From a virus (taxonomy: Duplodnaviria > Heunggongvirae > Uroviricota > Caudoviricetes), in IMG/VR virus record IMGVR_UViG_2541047120_000010: DNA of 5,673 nucleotides; one strand, written 5' to 3'. Of this stretch, positions 4,786-5,673 are shown piece after piece. A model generated the notes under the pieces. It had not been told where the DNA came from. It saw only the letters and a program-made list of their open reading frames with translations, and made no database searches. Both the position numbers and the translations under genes were made by a program. How positions within the stretch are numbered: position 1 is the stretch's first letter; each line of letters starts with the position of its first letter.

Positions 4786-4956
4786 ATGATTTACGCAATC
4801 GCGGGAGGCGCTCGCATGGGTGCCTTCCAATTAAATGAATCTTTACTTGAACGAATCACCCGTAAATTACGTGACGGATGGAAACGCCTTATCGACATAC
4901 TTAATCAGCCAGGAGTCCCAAAGAATGGATCAAACACTTATGGCTATCCAGACTAA
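4786..4956 (+). CDS. cIII: CIII (protects CII from FtsH), 56 aa
   Basis: ATG 4786 with AAGGA (4774-4778). From residue ~17 the translation (…[39 protein letters not shown]) matches lambda CIII as I recall it; the first ~16 residues differ. Its 3' end overlaps kil as in lambda. Confidence 0.85.
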   Translation: MIYAIAGGARMGAFQLNESLLERITRKLRDGWKRLIDILNQPGVPKNGSNTYGYPD

Positions 4957-5068
4957 ATTCACTATCGCCACTTTTATTGGCGATGAAAAGATGTTTCGTG
5001 AAGCTGTCGACGCTTATAAAAAATGGATATTAATGCTGAAACGGAGATCAAGCAAAAGCATTCACTAA
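4925..5068 (+). CDS. kil: Kil (host cell-division inhibitor), 47 aa
   Basis: ATG 4925 with AGGAG (4911-4915, 9-nt spacing). Translation [47 protein letters not shown] is near-identical to lambda Kil as I recall it. The ORF-track start at 4835 is an upstream in-frame extension overlapping cIII. Confidence 0.85.
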   Translation: MDQTLMAIQTKFTIATFIGDEKMFREAVDAYKKWILMLKRRSSKSIH

Positions 5069-5143
5069 CCCCATTTCCTGTTTTCCTAATCAGCCCGGCA
5101 TTTCGCGGGCGATATTTTCACAGCCATTTTCAGGAGTTCAGCC

Positions 5144-5440
5144 ATGAACGCTTATTACATTCAGGATCGTCTTGAGGCTCAGAGCTGGACGCGTCACTAC
5201 CAGCAGATCGCCCGTGAAGAGAAAGAGGCAGAACTGGCAGACGACATGGAAAAAGGCCTGCCCCAGCACCTGTTTGAATCGCTATGCATCGATCATTTGC
5301 AACGCCACGGGGCCAGCAAAAAAGCCATTACCCGTGCGTTTGATGACGATGTTGAGTTTCAGGAGCGCATGGCAGAACACATCCGGTACATGGTTGAAAC
5401 CATTGCTCACCACCAGGTTGATATTGATTCAGAGGTATAA
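5144..5440 (+). CDS. gam: Gam (RecBCD inhibitor), short 98-aa form
   Basis: ATG 5144 with AGGAG (5132-5136, 7-nt spacing). Translation [15 protein letters not shown]…[10 protein letters not shown] matches the C-terminal 98 aa of lambda Gam with a few substitutions. Stop TAA at 5438-5440. Confidence 0.9.
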   Translation: MNAYYIQDRLEAQSWTRHYQQIAREEKEAELADDMEKGLPQHLFESLCIDHLQRHGASKKAITRAFDDDVEFQERMAEHIRYMVETIAHHQVDIDSEV

Positions 5441-5445
5441 AGCGG

Positions 5446-5673
5446 ATGAGTACAGCACTCGCAACGCTGGCAGGGAAGCTGGCTGAACGTGTCGGCATGG
5501 ATTCTGTCGACCCACAGGAACTGATCACCACTCTTCGCCAGACGGCATTTAAAGGTGATGCCAGCGATGCGCAGTTCATCGCATTGTTGATCGTCGCCAA
5601 CCAGTACGGCCTTAATCCGTGGACGAAAGAAATTTACGCCTTCCCTGATAAGCAGAACGGCATCGTTCCGGTG
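5446..5673 (+). CDS. bet: Bet (Red-beta single-strand annealing recombinase), N-terminal 76 codons; continues beyond the window
   Basis: ATG 5446, open to the window edge. Translation MSTALATLAGKLAERVGMDSVDPQELITTLRQTAFKGDASDAQFIALLIVANQYGLNPWTKEIYAFPDKQNGIVPV matches the lambda Bet N-terminus as I recall it. Confidence 0.9.
   Translation, partial: MSTALATLAGKLAERVGMDSVDPQELITTLRQTAFKGDASDAQFIALLIVANQYGLNPWTKEIYAFPDKQNGIVPV

Larger units (their letters stand above)
1..5673. mobile_element. Segment of a lambdoid (lambda-like) temperate phage/prophage: immunity region plus pL early-left operon
   Basis: Gene order cII' / nutR / cro / OR / cI / (rex slot) / pL / nutL / N / ... / cIII / kil / gam / bet matches lambda read in reverse-complement orientation. 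Several products (CI C-terminal domain, Kil, Gam, Bet N-terminus, most of CIII) match lambda proteins as I recall them. Confidence 0.9.

Noticed and set aside
4835-4924. Upstream in-frame extension of kil (ORF-track start 4835)
   Set aside because: Overlaps cIII in another frame; the 47-aa Kil starting at 4925 has its own SD and matches lambda Kil.
5172-5600. ORFs 5172-5486 (+) and 5328-5600 (-)
   Set aside because: Alternative-frame and antisense ORFs overlapping gam and bet, both of which closely match lambda proteins.
1-5673. CRISPR arrays, tRNA/rRNA genes, IS elements or transposases, integrase/attachment sites
   Set aside because: No direct-repeat/spacer periodicity, no tRNA-like cloverleaf candidates, no transposase-like ORF and no terminal inverted repeats were seen. 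The integration module of the prophage would lie outside this window.

Overview
This window is the immunity and early-left (pL) region of a lambdoid temperate phage or prophage, in the orientation opposite to the conventional lambda map. Left to right: the 5' part of a cII-like gene (minus strand, runs off the window), nutR, cro (minus), a divergent operator/promoter region, and a CI repressor gene (plus) whose C-terminal autocleavage domain looks lambda-identical but whose N-terminal DNA-binding domain is different (heteroimmune hybrid). Next comes a ~1.5 kb slot where lambda carries rexA/rexB: here it holds ~400 nt of structured non-coding sequence ending in an intrinsic terminator, then a promoter-ORF-terminator module encoding a 173-aa acidic protein I cannot assign to any family, then an AT-rich operator-like region. 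After that: pL, nutL, an N-type antiterminator, an 83-aa ORF, an intrinsic terminator, a 322-aa protein with a long E/A/K/R-rich predicted helical segment, and lambda-like cIII, kil, gam (short form) and the 5' end of bet. No rRNA, tRNA, CRISPR array or transposase was seen. The best candidates for an undescribed system are the cargo in the rex slot (1284-2640) and the two unknown ORFs in the ral/sieB/ea10 slot (3366-4761). All homology statements are from memory of lambda protein sequences; no database search was possible.
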